Source: Squalus acanthias (lineage: Eukaryota). From it: a DNA stretch of 64,000 nucleotides. Of this stretch, positions 24,135-35,097 are shown piece by piece (position 1 is the stretch's first letter; every line of letters begins with the position of its first letter). The translations under genes and the position numbers were made by a program. The stretch spans positions 1-64,000 of the forward strand of contig JASTWF010000335.1 of assembly GCA_030390025.1 (NCBI GenBank). The letters run 5' to 3'. Below the pieces are notes generated by a model that searched no databases, was not told where the DNA came from, and saw nothing but the letters and a program-made list of their open reading frames with translations.

Positions 24135-24415
24135 GCCTTATACAACTGAGTGTCTCGCTGGGCCATTTCAGAGGGCAGTTGGGAGTCAACCACATTGCTG
24201 TGGGTCTGGAGTCACATGTAGGCCAGACCCGGGTAAGGACGGCAGATTTCCTTCCCTAAAGGACATTATTGAACCAGATGGGTTTTTACAACAACCTGAT
24301 AGTTTCATGGTCATTACTGATACTAGCTTTTTATTCCAGATTTATTTAATTAACTGAATTTAAATTCCCCAGGCCTCTGGATTACTAGTCCAGTTACATA
24401 ACCACTGTGCTACCA
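24135..24415 (-). mobile_element. tRNA-derived SINE, internally deleted head
   Basis: Reverse complement begins GGTAGCACAGTGGTTATGTAACTGGACTAGTAATCCAGAGG (A-box-like); family not named with certainty. Confidence 0.55.
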
Positions 24416-24416
24416 T

Positions 24417-26168
24417 AGTGTGAGCGTGAGTGTGTGTGAGAGTGAGTGAATGTGAGTGAGTGTGTGTGAGAGTGAGTGAATGTGAGTGAGTGCGTGTGAG
24501 AGTGAGTGAATGTGAGTGAGTGTGTGTGAGAGTGAGTGAATGTGAGTGAGTGCGTGTGAGAGTGAGTGAATGTGAGTGAGTGCGTGTGAGAGTGAGTGAG
24601 TGAGTGTGTGAGAGAGAGAAGGAGTGTGTGTGAGAGAGGGCATGAGTGTGTGAGAGTCAGCATATGTGAGAGTGGGAGTGATAGGGAGTTTGTGAGAGTG
24701 TGTGAGTGTGAGTGTGTGAGAGTGTGTGAGAGTGTGTGAGAGTGTGTGAGAGTGTGAGAGTGTGTGAGAGTGTGTGAGAGTGTGTGAGAGTGTGTGAGTG
24801 TGTGTGAGAGTGTGTGAGAGTGTGTGAGAGTGTGTGAGCGTGTGTGAGAGTGTGTGAGCGTGTGAGAGTGTGTGAGCGTGTGAGCGTGTGAGCGTGTGAG
24901 AGTGTGTGAGAGTGTGAGAGTGTGTGAGAGTGTGTGAGAGTGTGTGAGAGTGTGTGAGCGTGTGAGAGCGTGTGAGAGTGTGTGTGAGAATGTGTGAGCG
25001 TGTGTGTGTGAGCGTGTGTGAGAGTGTGTGAGCGTGTGTGAGAGTGTGAGTGTGTGTGAGAGTGTGAGAGTGTGTGAGTGTATGTGAGTGTGTGAGTGTG
25101 TGTGAGTGTGTGAGTGTGTGTGAGAGTGTGTGAGTGTGTGTGAGAGTGTGTGAGTGTGTGTGAGAGTGTGTGAGTGTGTGTGAGTGTGTGAGTGTGTGTG
25201 AGAGTGTGTGAGAGTGTGTGTGAGTGTGTGTGAGTGTGTGAGTGTGTGTGAGAGTGTGTGAGTGTGTGTGAGAGTGTGTGAGAGTGTGTGAGAGTGTGTG
25301 AGTGTGTGTGAGTGTGTGAGAGTGTGTGAGTGTGTGTGAGTGTGTGAGTGTGTGTGAGTGTGTGTGAGAGTGTGTGAGTGTGTGTGAGAGTGTGAGAGTG
25401 TGTGAGAGTGTGAGTGTGTGTGAGAGTGTGTGAGTGTGTGAGTGTGTGTGTGTGTGTGAGTGTGTGTGAGTGTGTGTGTGTGTGTGAGTGTGTGTGAGTG
25501 TGTGAGTGCGTGTGAGAGTGTGTGAGCGTGTGTGAGTGTGTGTGAGAGTGTGAGTGTGTGTGAGAGTGTGTGAGTGTGTGAGTGTCTGTGAGTGTGTGTG
25601 AGTGTGTGTGAGTGTGTGCGAGTGTGTGAGAGTGTGTGAGAGTGTGTGAGTGTGTGTGAGAGTGTGTGGGAGTGTGTGAGAGTTTGTGAGAGTTTGTGAG
25701 AGTGTGTGAGAGTGTGTGAGCGTGTGAGAGTGTGTGAGCGTGTGAGCGTGTGAGCGTGTGAGAGTGTGTGAGAGTGTGAGAGTGTGTGAGAGTGTGTGAG
25801 AGTGTGTGAGAGTGTGTGAGCGTGTGAGAGCGTGTGAGAGTGTGTGTGAGAATGTGTGAGCGTGTGTGTGTGAGCGTGTGTGAGAGTGTTGTGAGCGTGT
25901 GTGAGAGTGTGTGAGCGTGTGTGAGAGTGTGTGAGTGTGTGTGAGAGTGTGTGAGTGTGTGTGAGAGTGTGTGAGAGTGTGTGAGAGTGTGTGAGCGTGT
26001 GTGAGAGTGTGTGAGCGTGTGAGAGTGTGTGAGCGTGTGAGCGTGTGAGCGTGTGAGAGTGTGTGAGAGTGTGAGAGTGTGTGAGAGTGTGTGAGAGTGT
26101 GTGAGAGTGTGTGAGCGTGTGAGAGCGTGTGAGAGTGTGTGTGAGAATGTGTGAGCGTGTGTGTGTGA
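24417..26168. repeat. Compound (TG)n/(GA)n microsatellite
   Basis: Direct inspection. Confidence 0.97.
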
Positions 26169-26368
26169 NNNNNNNNNNNNNNNNNNNNNNNNNNNNNNNN
26201 NNNNNNNNNNNNNNNNNNNNNNNNNNNNNNNNNNNNNNNNNNNNNNNNNNNNNNNNNNNNNNNNNNNNNNNNNNNNNNNNNNNNNNNNNNNNNNNNNNNN
26301 NNNNNNNNNNNNNNNNNNNNNNNNNNNNNNNNNNNNNNNNNNNNNNNNNNNNNNNNNNNNNNNNNNNN
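26169..26368. other. Assembly gap (200 N)
   Basis: Run of 200 N. Confidence 1.
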
Positions 26369-26456
26369 ACAGTGCAGACTGTTTGGACATGGGGGGCATC
26401 ACAACTGGGTCTGATCTTGTTCATATCAGACACCCATGATGCAACCGTGTCTATTT

Positions 26457-27192
26457 ACACACGCTCACTCACTCTCACACTCACACACTCTCACACACTC
26501 TCACACACGCTCACACACGCTCACACACGCTCACACACTCTCACACTCACACACTCTCACTCCCTCTCTCACACATGCTGACTCTCACACACTCATTCGC
26601 TCCCACACACACTCTCACACACACTCACACACTCCCTCTCACTCCCTCTCTCACACACGCTCACTCTCACACACACTCACACACTCATTCGCTCTCACTC
26701 ACACACACACTCACACACACTCCCTCTCTCACACACACTCACTCTCACACACACACACTCACACACACACTCACACACACTCCCTCTCTCACACACGCTC
26801 ACTCTCACACACACACACTCACACACACTCACACACACACTCACACACACTCCCGCTCTCACACACGCTCACACTCACACACTCACACACACTCCCTCTC
26901 TCACACACTCCCTCTCTCACACACGCTCACTCTCACACTCACACACACTCACACACACACTCACACACACTCCCTCTCTCACACACGCTCACTCTCACAC
27001 ACTCACACACTCACTCTCACACTCACACACTCATTCGCTCCCTCACACACGCTCACTCTCGCACACTCATTCGCTCCCACACAAACTCTCACACACTCCC
27101 TCACTCACTCTCACACGCACTCACTCACATTCACTCACTCTCACACACACTCACTCACATTCGCTCACTCTCACACACACTCACGCTCACAC
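26457..27192. repeat. Compound (CA)n/(CT)n microsatellite
   Basis: Direct inspection; complementary to the tract left of the gap. Confidence 0.97.
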
Positions 27193-27194
27193 TA

Positions 27195-27478
27195 TGGTAG
27201 CACAGTGGTTATGTAACTGGACTAGTAATCCAGAGGCCTGGGGAATTTAAATTCAGTTAATTAAATAAATCTGGAATAAAAAGCTAGTATCAGTAATGAC
27301 CATGAAACTATCTGGTTGTTGTAAAAACCCATCTGGTTCAATAATGTCCTTTAGGGAAGGAAATCTGCTGTCCTTACCCGGGTCTGGGCTACATGTGACT
27401 CCAGACCCACAGCAATGTGGTTGACTCCCAACTGCCCTCTGAAATGGCCCAGCGAGACACTCAGTTGTATAAGGCGGC
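27195..27478 (+). mobile_element. tRNA-derived SINE (mirror of 24135-24415)
   Basis: Reverse-complement identity with the left arm. Confidence 0.55.
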
Positions 27479-27484
27479 TCACCA

Positions 27485-28815
27485 TTAATGACTTGGACTT
27501 GGGTGTACAGGGGCACAATTTCAAAATTTGCAGATGACACAAAACTTGTAAGTATAGTGAACAGTGAGGAGGAGAGCGATAGACTTCAAGAGGACATAGA
27601 CAGGCTGGTGGAATGGGCGGACACGTGGCAGATGAAATTTAACGCAGAAAAGTGCGAAGTGATACATTTTGGTTGGAAGAACGAGGAGAGGCGATATAAA
27701 CTAAAGGGTACAATCCTAAAGGGGGTGCAGGAACAGAGAGACCTGCGGGTATATGTGCACAAATCGGTGAAGGTGGTGGGCAGGTTGAGAAAGTGGTTAA
27801 AAAAACATACGGGATCCTGGGCTTCATAAATAGAAGCCATGATGTGGAGATGTAATCATCTGGCAGTGTTCTCTGTCTATATATGCTGTGCCTATATGCA
27901 TCTCTTCACTTCACCTGACGAAGGAGCAGCGCTCCGAAAGCTTGTGATTTCAAATAAAGCTGTTGGACTATAACCTGGTGTTGTGTGACTTCTCACTTTT
28001 AGAAATAGAGGCATAGAGTAGAACAGCAAGGAAGTTATGCTGAACCTTTATACAACACTGGTTCGGCCTCAACTGGAGTATTGTGTCCAATTCTGGGCAC
28101 CGCACTTTAGGAAGGATGTGAAGGCCTTAGAGAGGGTGCAGAAAAGATTGACCAGAATGGTGCCAGGGATGAGGGACTTCAGTTACGTGGAGAGACTGGA
28201 GAAGCTGGGATTGTTCTCCTTGGAGCAGAGAAGGTTAAGGGGAGATTGACCAGAATGGTACCAGGGATGAGGGACTTCAGTGATGTGGATAGACTGGAGA
28301 AGCTGGGGTTGTTCTCCTTGGAGCAGAGAAGGTTAAGGGGAGATTGACCAGAATGGTACCAGGGATGAAGGACTTCAGTGATGTGGATAGACTGGAGAAG
28401 CTGGGGTTGTTCTCCTTGGAGCAGAGAAGGTTGAGAGGAGATTTGATAGAGGTGTTCAAAATCATGAGGGGTCTGGACACAGTAGATCGAGAGAAATTGT
28501 TCCCATTGGCGGAAGGGTCGAGGATCAGAGGACACAGATTTAAGGCGATTGGCAAAAGAACCAAAGGCGACATGAGGAAGAACTTTTTTACGCAGCCAGT
28601 GGTTAGGATCTGGAATGCACTGCCTGAGAGGGTGGTGGAGGCAGATTCAATCGTGGCTTTCAAAAGGGAGTTGGATAAGTACCTGAAGGAAATAAATTTG
28701 CAGGGCTACGGGGAAAGGACGGGGGAGTGGGACTAGCTGAAGTGGTCTTGCAGAGAGCTGGCACGGGCTCGACGGGCCGAATGGCCTCCTTCTGTGCTGT
28801 AACCGTTCTATGATT
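27485..28815 (+). mobile_element. CR1-clade LINE 3' fragment with a 3x 98-bp internal duplication and a Penelope-like insert (27836-27996; hammerhead 27911-27947)
   Basis: ORFs 27488, 28037 and 28344 carry CR1 RT motifs. Confidence 0.92.
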
Positions 28816-29084
28816 CTCGAGGGCAATTAGGGACGGCCAATAAACGCTGGCCTTGCCGGCGACGCCCACATCCCGTGAATGAATTAAAAAAACCCTCTCG
28901 CGCTCTCTTTCCAGCGGGTGGAGCGCCTTCAGTCTGTTGGGACAGGGAAGGAAACAGAAAGATTAAAGTATATGTTACTCAGGGCAGTGTCTGCACCTGC
29001 ATTCATTGCTGTGGATACTAATCTTCACCATCTCAATGCCCCTTGCGGCCAGTCTGTCTGTTAACGGCTCGTTCTCCTTCACAG

Positions 29085-29141
29085 CTGGGAATATCTGGCT
29101 CCCTCGCAATCGTGAGTGAGAAGGACCCAGGCAAAGTGCTG
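29085..29141 (+). CDS. MS4A/CD20-like gene, domain A 57-nt exon (LGISGSLAIVSEKDPGKVL)
   Basis: TTCTCCTTCACAG acceptor, GTGAGT donor, phase 0/0; resembles the MS4A ISGSLSI..EK exon. Confidence 0.85.
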
Positions 29142-29174
29142 GTGAGTAGAGCAAGGAACACTTACACCACACGG

Positions 29175-30130
29175 TCAGAGGGGGCAGTACTGAGGGAGAG
29201 CCGCACTGTCTGAGAGTCAGAACTGAGGGAGCGCTGCACTGTCGGAGGGGCAGTACTGAGGGAGCGCCGCACTGTCTGAGAGTCAGTATTGAGGGAGCGC
29301 TGCACTGTCGGAGGGGCAGTACTGAGGGAGCGCTGCACTGTTGGAGGGGCAGTACTGAGCAAGCGCTGCACTGTCGGAGGGGCAGTACTGAGGGAGCGCC
29401 GCACTGTCGGAGGGGCAGTACTGAGGGAACGTCGCACTGTCAGAGGGGGCAGTACTGAGGGAGCGCCGCACTGTCAGAGGGGGCAGTACTGAGGGAGCGC
29501 TGCACTGTCGGAGGGGCAGTACTGAGGGAGCGCTGCACTGTCGGAGGGGCAGTACTGAGGGAGCGCCGCACTGTCGGAGGGGCAGTACTGAGGGAGCGCT
29601 GCACTGTCGGAGGGGCAGTACTGAGGGAGCGCTGCACTGTTGGAGGGGCAGTACTGAGGGAGCACTGCACTGTCGGAGGGGCAGTAATGAGAGGCGCCGC
29701 ACTGTCGGAGGGGCAGTACTGAGGGAGCGCCGCACTGTTGGAGGGGCAGTACTGAGGGAGCTCTGCACTGTTGGAGGGGCAGTACTGAGGGAGAGCTGCA
29801 CTGTCGGAGGGGCAGTACTGAGGGAGCGCTGCACTGTCGGAGGGGCAGTACTGAGGGAGCGCTGCACTGTCGGAGGGGCAGTACTGAGGGAGCTCTGCAC
29901 TGTTGGAGGGGCAGTACTGAGGGAGCGCTGCACTGTCGGAGGGGCAGTACTGAGGGAGAGCTGCACTGTCGGAGGGGCAGTACTGAGGGAGCGCTGCACT
30001 GTCTGAGGGACAGTACTGAGGGAGCTCTGCACTGTCTGAGGGGCAGTACTGAGGGAGCGCTGCACTCTCGGAGGGGCAGTACTGAGGGAGCACTGCACTG
30101 TCGGAGGGGCAGTACTGAGGGAGAGCTGCA
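29175..30130 (+). repeat. 33-bp SINE-derived minisatellite
   Basis: Direct inspection. Confidence 0.95.
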
Positions 30131-30467
30131 CCGTCAGAGGTGCCGTCTTTCAGATGAGACGCTAAACCAAGGCCCCGTCTGCCCTCTCAGGTGGACGTAA
30201 AAGATCCCACTGCATGATTTCGAAGAGCAGGGGAGTTATCCCCGGTGTCCTGGGCCAAAACCTGTGCCTCGAGCAACATGACAGAAACTGATTATCTGGC
30301 CATTATGACATTGCTGTTTGTGGGAGCTTGCTGTGCGCAAAGTGTCTGCCGCGTTTCCCACAGTACAACAGTGACGACACTCCAAAAGAACTTCATTGGC
30401 TGTAAAGCGCTTTGGGAGGTCCTGAGGTTGTGTAAGGCGCTATATAAATGCAGGTCTTTCTTTCTTT
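30131..30467 (+). mobile_element. DeuSINE-like SINE body with L2-type tail
   Basis: Mirror of 20284-20620. Confidence 0.8.
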
Positions 30468-30583
30468 AACGCCCGCGCGATTGCCAGCTCTTTTGCGCGC
30501 TCACCAGCGTCGACTGCGAACTTCGACCGCGTCGGCGTTCTCCCGCTTACGCCGCTAACGCCCGCGACCTGTCTCTCTTGCAG

Positions 30584-30739
30584 CTGAAAGCCTGCCTGTC
30601 CTGCACCGCCCTGAGTGCCATGGTAACCGGGGTCCAGATGGTCGTCTATTTAGTGGATCTGAACAAGTTCAAGTTTGGCAAAGTTAACTGCCTGTCGGGT
30701 TCCTTTGACTGGGCGTGTTATCGTGCTGCTATGCAACAG
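30584..30739 (+). CDS. MS4A/CD20-like gene, domain A TM3 plus extracellular loop exon
   Basis: CTCTCTTGCAG acceptor with GCTAAC branch point, GTAAGG donor; LKACLSCTALSAMVTGVQMVVYLVDLNKFKFGKVNCLSGSFDWACYRAAMQQ with two loop cysteines. Confidence 0.85.
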
Positions 30740-30848
30740 GTAAGGTACTTCACTAAGGTTAGGTGTCAGCACAGTGGCTCGTACACTCACTCTCTATCTC
30801 TCTCTCTCTCTGGCCTTCTAAATCAAAAGGTTGTGGGTTCGAGCTCCC

Positions 30849-31416
30849 TGCACTGTCGGAGGGGCAGTACTGAGGGAGCACTGCACTGTGGGAGGGGCAG
30901 TACTGAGGGAGCACTGCACCGTGGGAGGGGCAGTACTGAGGGAGCGCCGCACTGTCGGAGGGGCGGTACTGAGGGAGCGCTGCACTGTCGGAGGGGCAGT
31001 ACTGAGGGAGCGCTGCACTGTCGGAGGGGCAGTACTGAGTGAGCTCTGCACTGTCGGAGGGGCAGTACTGAGGGAGCGCTGCACTGTCGGAGGGGCAGTA
31101 CTGAGGGAGTGCTGCACTGTCGGAGGGGCAGTACTGAGGGAGGGCTGCACTGTCGGACAGGCAGTACTGAGGGAGCGCTGCACTGTCGGAGGGACAGTAC
31201 TGAGGGAGTGCTGCACTGTCGGAGGGGCAGTACTGAGGGAGTGCTGCACTGTCGGAGGGGCAGTACTGAGGGAGTGCTGCACTGTCGGAGGGGCAGTACT
31301 GAGGGAGTGCTGCACTGTTGGAGGGGCAGTACTGAGGGAGCGCCGCACTGTCGGAGGGGCAGTACTGAGGGAGAGCCGCACTGTCGGAGGGGCAGTACGG
31401 AGGGAGTGCTGCACTG
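30849..31416 (+). repeat. 33-bp SINE-derived minisatellite
   Basis: Direct inspection. Confidence 0.95.
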
Positions 31417-31730
31417 TGGCTCAGTGGGCAGCACACTCGCCTCGGAGTCAGAAGGTTGTGGGTTCAAGTCCTGCTCCAGAGACTCGAGCACATAAAGCTC
31501 GGCCGGACACTCGGAGTGCCGCGCTGTCGGAGGTGCCGTCTTTCGGACGAGACGTTAAGCCGAGGCCCCGTCTGCTCTCTCGGGTGGGCGCGGAAGATCC
31601 CGCGACACTGTTTCGAGGAAGAGCGGGTGGGGTGCGGGGGGGAGTTATCCCTGGTGTCCTGGGGCCCAGTAGTTATCCCTCAACCAACATAACAAAGACA
31701 GATTATCTGGTCATTATCACATTGCTGTTG
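31417..31730 (+). mobile_element. DeuSINE-like SINE with tRNA-derived head
   Basis: A box TGGCTCAGTGG at 31417-31427, B box GGTTCAAGTCC at 31461-31471, then the Deu-like core. Confidence 0.82.
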
Positions 31731-32034
31731 ATGTGTCGGAGCTTTTCAAGATTGAGAGCGACGGATATTTGTTGTGTCAGGGTATCGACGGATTCGGAGT
31801 AAAGGTGGGTAAATGGAGTTGAGGTACAGGTCAGCCATGATCTAATTGAATGGTAGGACAGGCTCGAGGGGCTGAATGGACCTCCTCCTGTTCCTGTGGT
31901 AACAGGCTGGAGGGGGCTGAATGGCCTCCTCCTGTTCCTATGGTAACAGGCTCGAGGGGCTGAATGGGCCGACTCCTGTTCCTATGTCATGAAGTATACA
32001 TACAATGTTGACGTGACAATTGCTTTCTTTACAG

Positions 32035-32157
32035 AGGCAGCTGTTTGCTTATGTTCCTGTCTTCTACCTCCTGACGTTTTCTGGGATGATGCTGAGCATC
32101 GTCCTGTCCATCAGTCTCTGTGATTTCCTTCGCTCCTGGAACCCAGAACTGGATCGG
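32035..32157 (+). CDS. MS4A/CD20-like gene, domain A TM4 exon
   Basis: TTTCTTTACAG acceptor, GTAGGA donor, 123 nt, hydrophobic helix followed by Cys. Confidence 0.82.
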
Positions 32158-32215
32158 GTAGGACTGGTTCTCATTCATTTGTTTAAATTGATCAGATTGA
32201 TTGATAGATACATGC

Positions 32216-33679
32216 ACACTGTCCCGTCAAACAATCACAGGGCAGGTACAGCACGGGGTTAGATACAGAGTAAAGCACCCTCTACACTGTCCCATCAAAC
32301 ACTCCCAGGGCAGGTACAGCACGGGGTGAGATACAGAGTAAAGCTCCCTCTATACTGTCCCATCAAACACTCCCAGGGCAGGTACAGCACGGGTTAGATA
32401 CAGAGTAAAGCTCCCTCTACACTGTCCCATCAAACACTCCCAGGGCAGGTACAGCACGGGTTAGATACAGAGTAAAGCTCCCTCTGCACTGTCCCATCAA
32501 ACACTCCCTGGGCAGGTACAGCACGGGTTAGATACAGAGTAAAGCTCCCTCTATACTGTCCCACCAAACACTCCCGGGGCAGGTACAGCACGGGTTAGAT
32601 ACAGAGTAAAGCTCCCTCTACACTGTCCCATCAAACACTCCCAGGGCAGGTACAGCACGGGTTAGATACAGAGTAAAGCTCCCTCTACACTGTCCTGTGA
32701 AACACTCCCAGGGCAGGTACAGCACGGGTTAGATACAGAGTAAAGCTCCCTCTACACTGTCCCATCAAACACTCCCAGGGCAGATACAGCACGGGTTAGA
32801 TACAGAGTAAAGCTCCCTCTACACTGTCCCATCAAACACTCCCAGGGCAGGTACAGCACGGGTTAGATACAGAGTAAAGCTCCCTCTACACTGTCCCATC
32901 AAACACTCCCAGGGCAGGTACAGCACGGGTTAGATACACAGTAAAGCTCGCTCTACACTGTCCCATCGAATACACCCAGGGCAGGTACAGCACGGGGTTA
33001 GATACAGAGTAAAGCTCCCTCTACACTGTCCCATCAAACACTCCCAGGACAGGTACAGCACGGGTTAGATACAGAGCAAAGCTCCCTCTGCACTGTCCCG
33101 TGAAACATTCCCAGGGCTGATACAGCACGGGTTAGATCGAGTAAAGCTCCCTCTACACTGTCCCGTGAAACACTCCCAGGGCTGATACAGCACGGGTTAG
33201 ATACAGAGTAAAGCTCCCTCTACACTCTCCCGTCAAACACTCCCAGGGCAGATACAGCACGGGTTAGATACAGAGTAAAGCTCCCTCTACACTGTCCCGT
33301 CAAACACTCCCAGGGCTGGTACAGCACGGGTTAGATAGAGTAAAGCTCCCTCTACACTGTCCCATCAAACAGTCCCAGGGCAGGTACAGCATGGGGTTAG
33401 ATACAGAGTAAAGCTCCCTCTACACTGTCCCATCAAACACTCCCAGGGCAGGTACAGCACTGGTTAGATACAGAGCAAAGCTCCCTCTACACTGTCCCAT
33501 CAAACACTCCCAGGGCAGGTACAGCACGGGTTAGATACAGAGTAAAGCTCCCTCTACACTGTCCCATCAAACACTCCCAGGGCAGGTACAGCACGGGTTA
33601 GATACACAGTTAAGCTCCCTCTACACTGTCCCATCAAACACTCCCAGGGCAGGTACAGCACGGGTTAGATACAGAGTAA
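32216..33679. repeat. 67-bp minisatellite (mirror of 11218-15115)
   Basis: Direct inspection. Confidence 0.97.
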
Positions 33680-33828
33680 CGCTCTGGATTGTGTCCAGTA
33701 GGGACAGGATTGACTAAGTCCAAGGGAATTTCACAAACTCATCTTGAAGCCATCATTCAGAAGTCTTGGAAGTACATGCTTGTAATTTCAAACAAATATA
33801 TTAGGTGAAAACAAAAGCATCAGGTTTG

Positions 33829-34356
33829 ATGCGGAGATGCCGGTGTTGGACTGGGGTGGACAAATGTGAGAAGTCGCACAACACCAGGTTATAGTCCAAC
33901 AGCTTTATTTGAAATCACAAGCTTTCGGAGCGCTGCTCCTTCCTCAGGTGAAGTGAAGAGATGCATATAGGCACAGCATATATAGTCAGAGAACACTGCC
34001 AGATGACTACAGTTAATCTTTCTAACTGCCCTTTATCACACCTCGGCAGAGATATAATCACGGCAATCACAGGGGTGGATGGTGTCCAAACAGGTCAGTC
34101 AGGAAAACATTACATCAAAGACAATGAGGTGGGGTCGCAAGGGGTCAAATGTGGCAGATGCTGGGGTCGGTATGGAAAACAAAAAACTGTTTTTGCTGGG
34201 AAGATTAACTGTAGTCACCTGGCAGTGTTCTCTGACTATATGTGCTGTGCCTATATGCATCTCTTCACTTCACCTGACGAAGGAGCAACGCTCCGAAAGC
34301 TTGTGATTTCAGATAAAGCGGTTGGACTATAACCTGGCGTTGTGCGACTTCTCACA
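33829..34356 (-). mobile_element. Penelope-like insertion (mirror of 9978-10506), hammerheads at 33915-33951 (-) and 34270-34306 (+)
   Basis: Inverted arms; CATCAGGTTTG on both flanks. Confidence 0.85.
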
Positions 34357-34542
34357 TACATCAGGTTTGGCGGTTGTCGACGAATTTCCTGCCCCCTCTC
34401 TCTCCGGGACTGGATTTGAATCCCGTGTCTCCGAGAACGAAGGTCTCGCCGTGAAAAGGGAGCAGTTTGCGTCCTGCTCCTCGGAGGTGATGTTCGCGCC
34501 TGTCGCGTTTTCTTTTTCACGAGACGATTTGCGCCGCTGCAG

Positions 34543-34722
34543 CCCGTGGGTCCGGAAGGGGCTGGCCTCATCTCCGCGGAACAGGGGAACGCCCCCATCG
34601 AAGAGCCTCGGCCAATCCCAGCACCCGGACCGATGGATCATAGACCAACCAAACCTCTCGGATCCGGCAAGACCTCCCTTCTGGTGGAGAAGTTTCTGGA
34701 AGCACAGCCGAAAATGTTAGGA
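34543..34722 (+). CDS. MS4A/CD20-like gene, linker exon ending in the N-terminal motif of a second CD20 domain
   Basis: CTGCAG acceptor, GGA|GTGAGT donor; ends VEKFLEAQPKMLG (cf. MS4A EKFLKGEPKALG). The acceptor position is less certain than the donor. Confidence 0.78.
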
Positions 34723-34769
34723 GTGAGTTGCCTCTTGTTGTTGTTGTCTTTGGTTTCCGACCACTGATC

Positions 34770-35097
34770 CGGCGCCATCACTAAGACCGCCTACGTCCAC
34801 CTCTGTAACATCGCCCCACTCCGCCCCTGCATCAGCTCATCCACTGCTGAAATCCTCATCCGCGCCTTTGTTACCTCTCGACTCGACTATTCCAGCGCAC
34901 TCCTGGCCGGCCTCCCGCGGTCTACCCAACGTCAACTTGAGGTCATCCAAAACTCGGCTGCACCGTGTCCTAACTCGCACCAAGTCCCGTTCGCCCATCT
35001 CCCCCTGTGCTCGCTGACCTACATTGGCTCCCGGTTAAGCACCACCTCGATGTTAAAACTCTCATCCTTGTTTTCAAATCCCTCCATGGCCTCGGAT
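34770..35097 (+). mobile_element. L2 LINE ORF2 fragment (5' flank of the giant array)
   Basis: Mirror of 9233-9562. Confidence 0.85.

Noticed and set aside
26369..26456. Possible missing TM1-TM2 exon of domain A (TVQTVWTWGASQLGLILFIS)
   Set aside because: No convincing donor site or TM2 motif, and the 5' side is lost in the gap.
24394..27216. His/Thr/Ser-rich ORFs
   Set aside because: Translations of the CA/CT microsatellite, some crossing the N gap.
31417..31490. tRNA gene
   Set aside because: A and B boxes run straight into a SINE body; no full cloverleaf or terminator.
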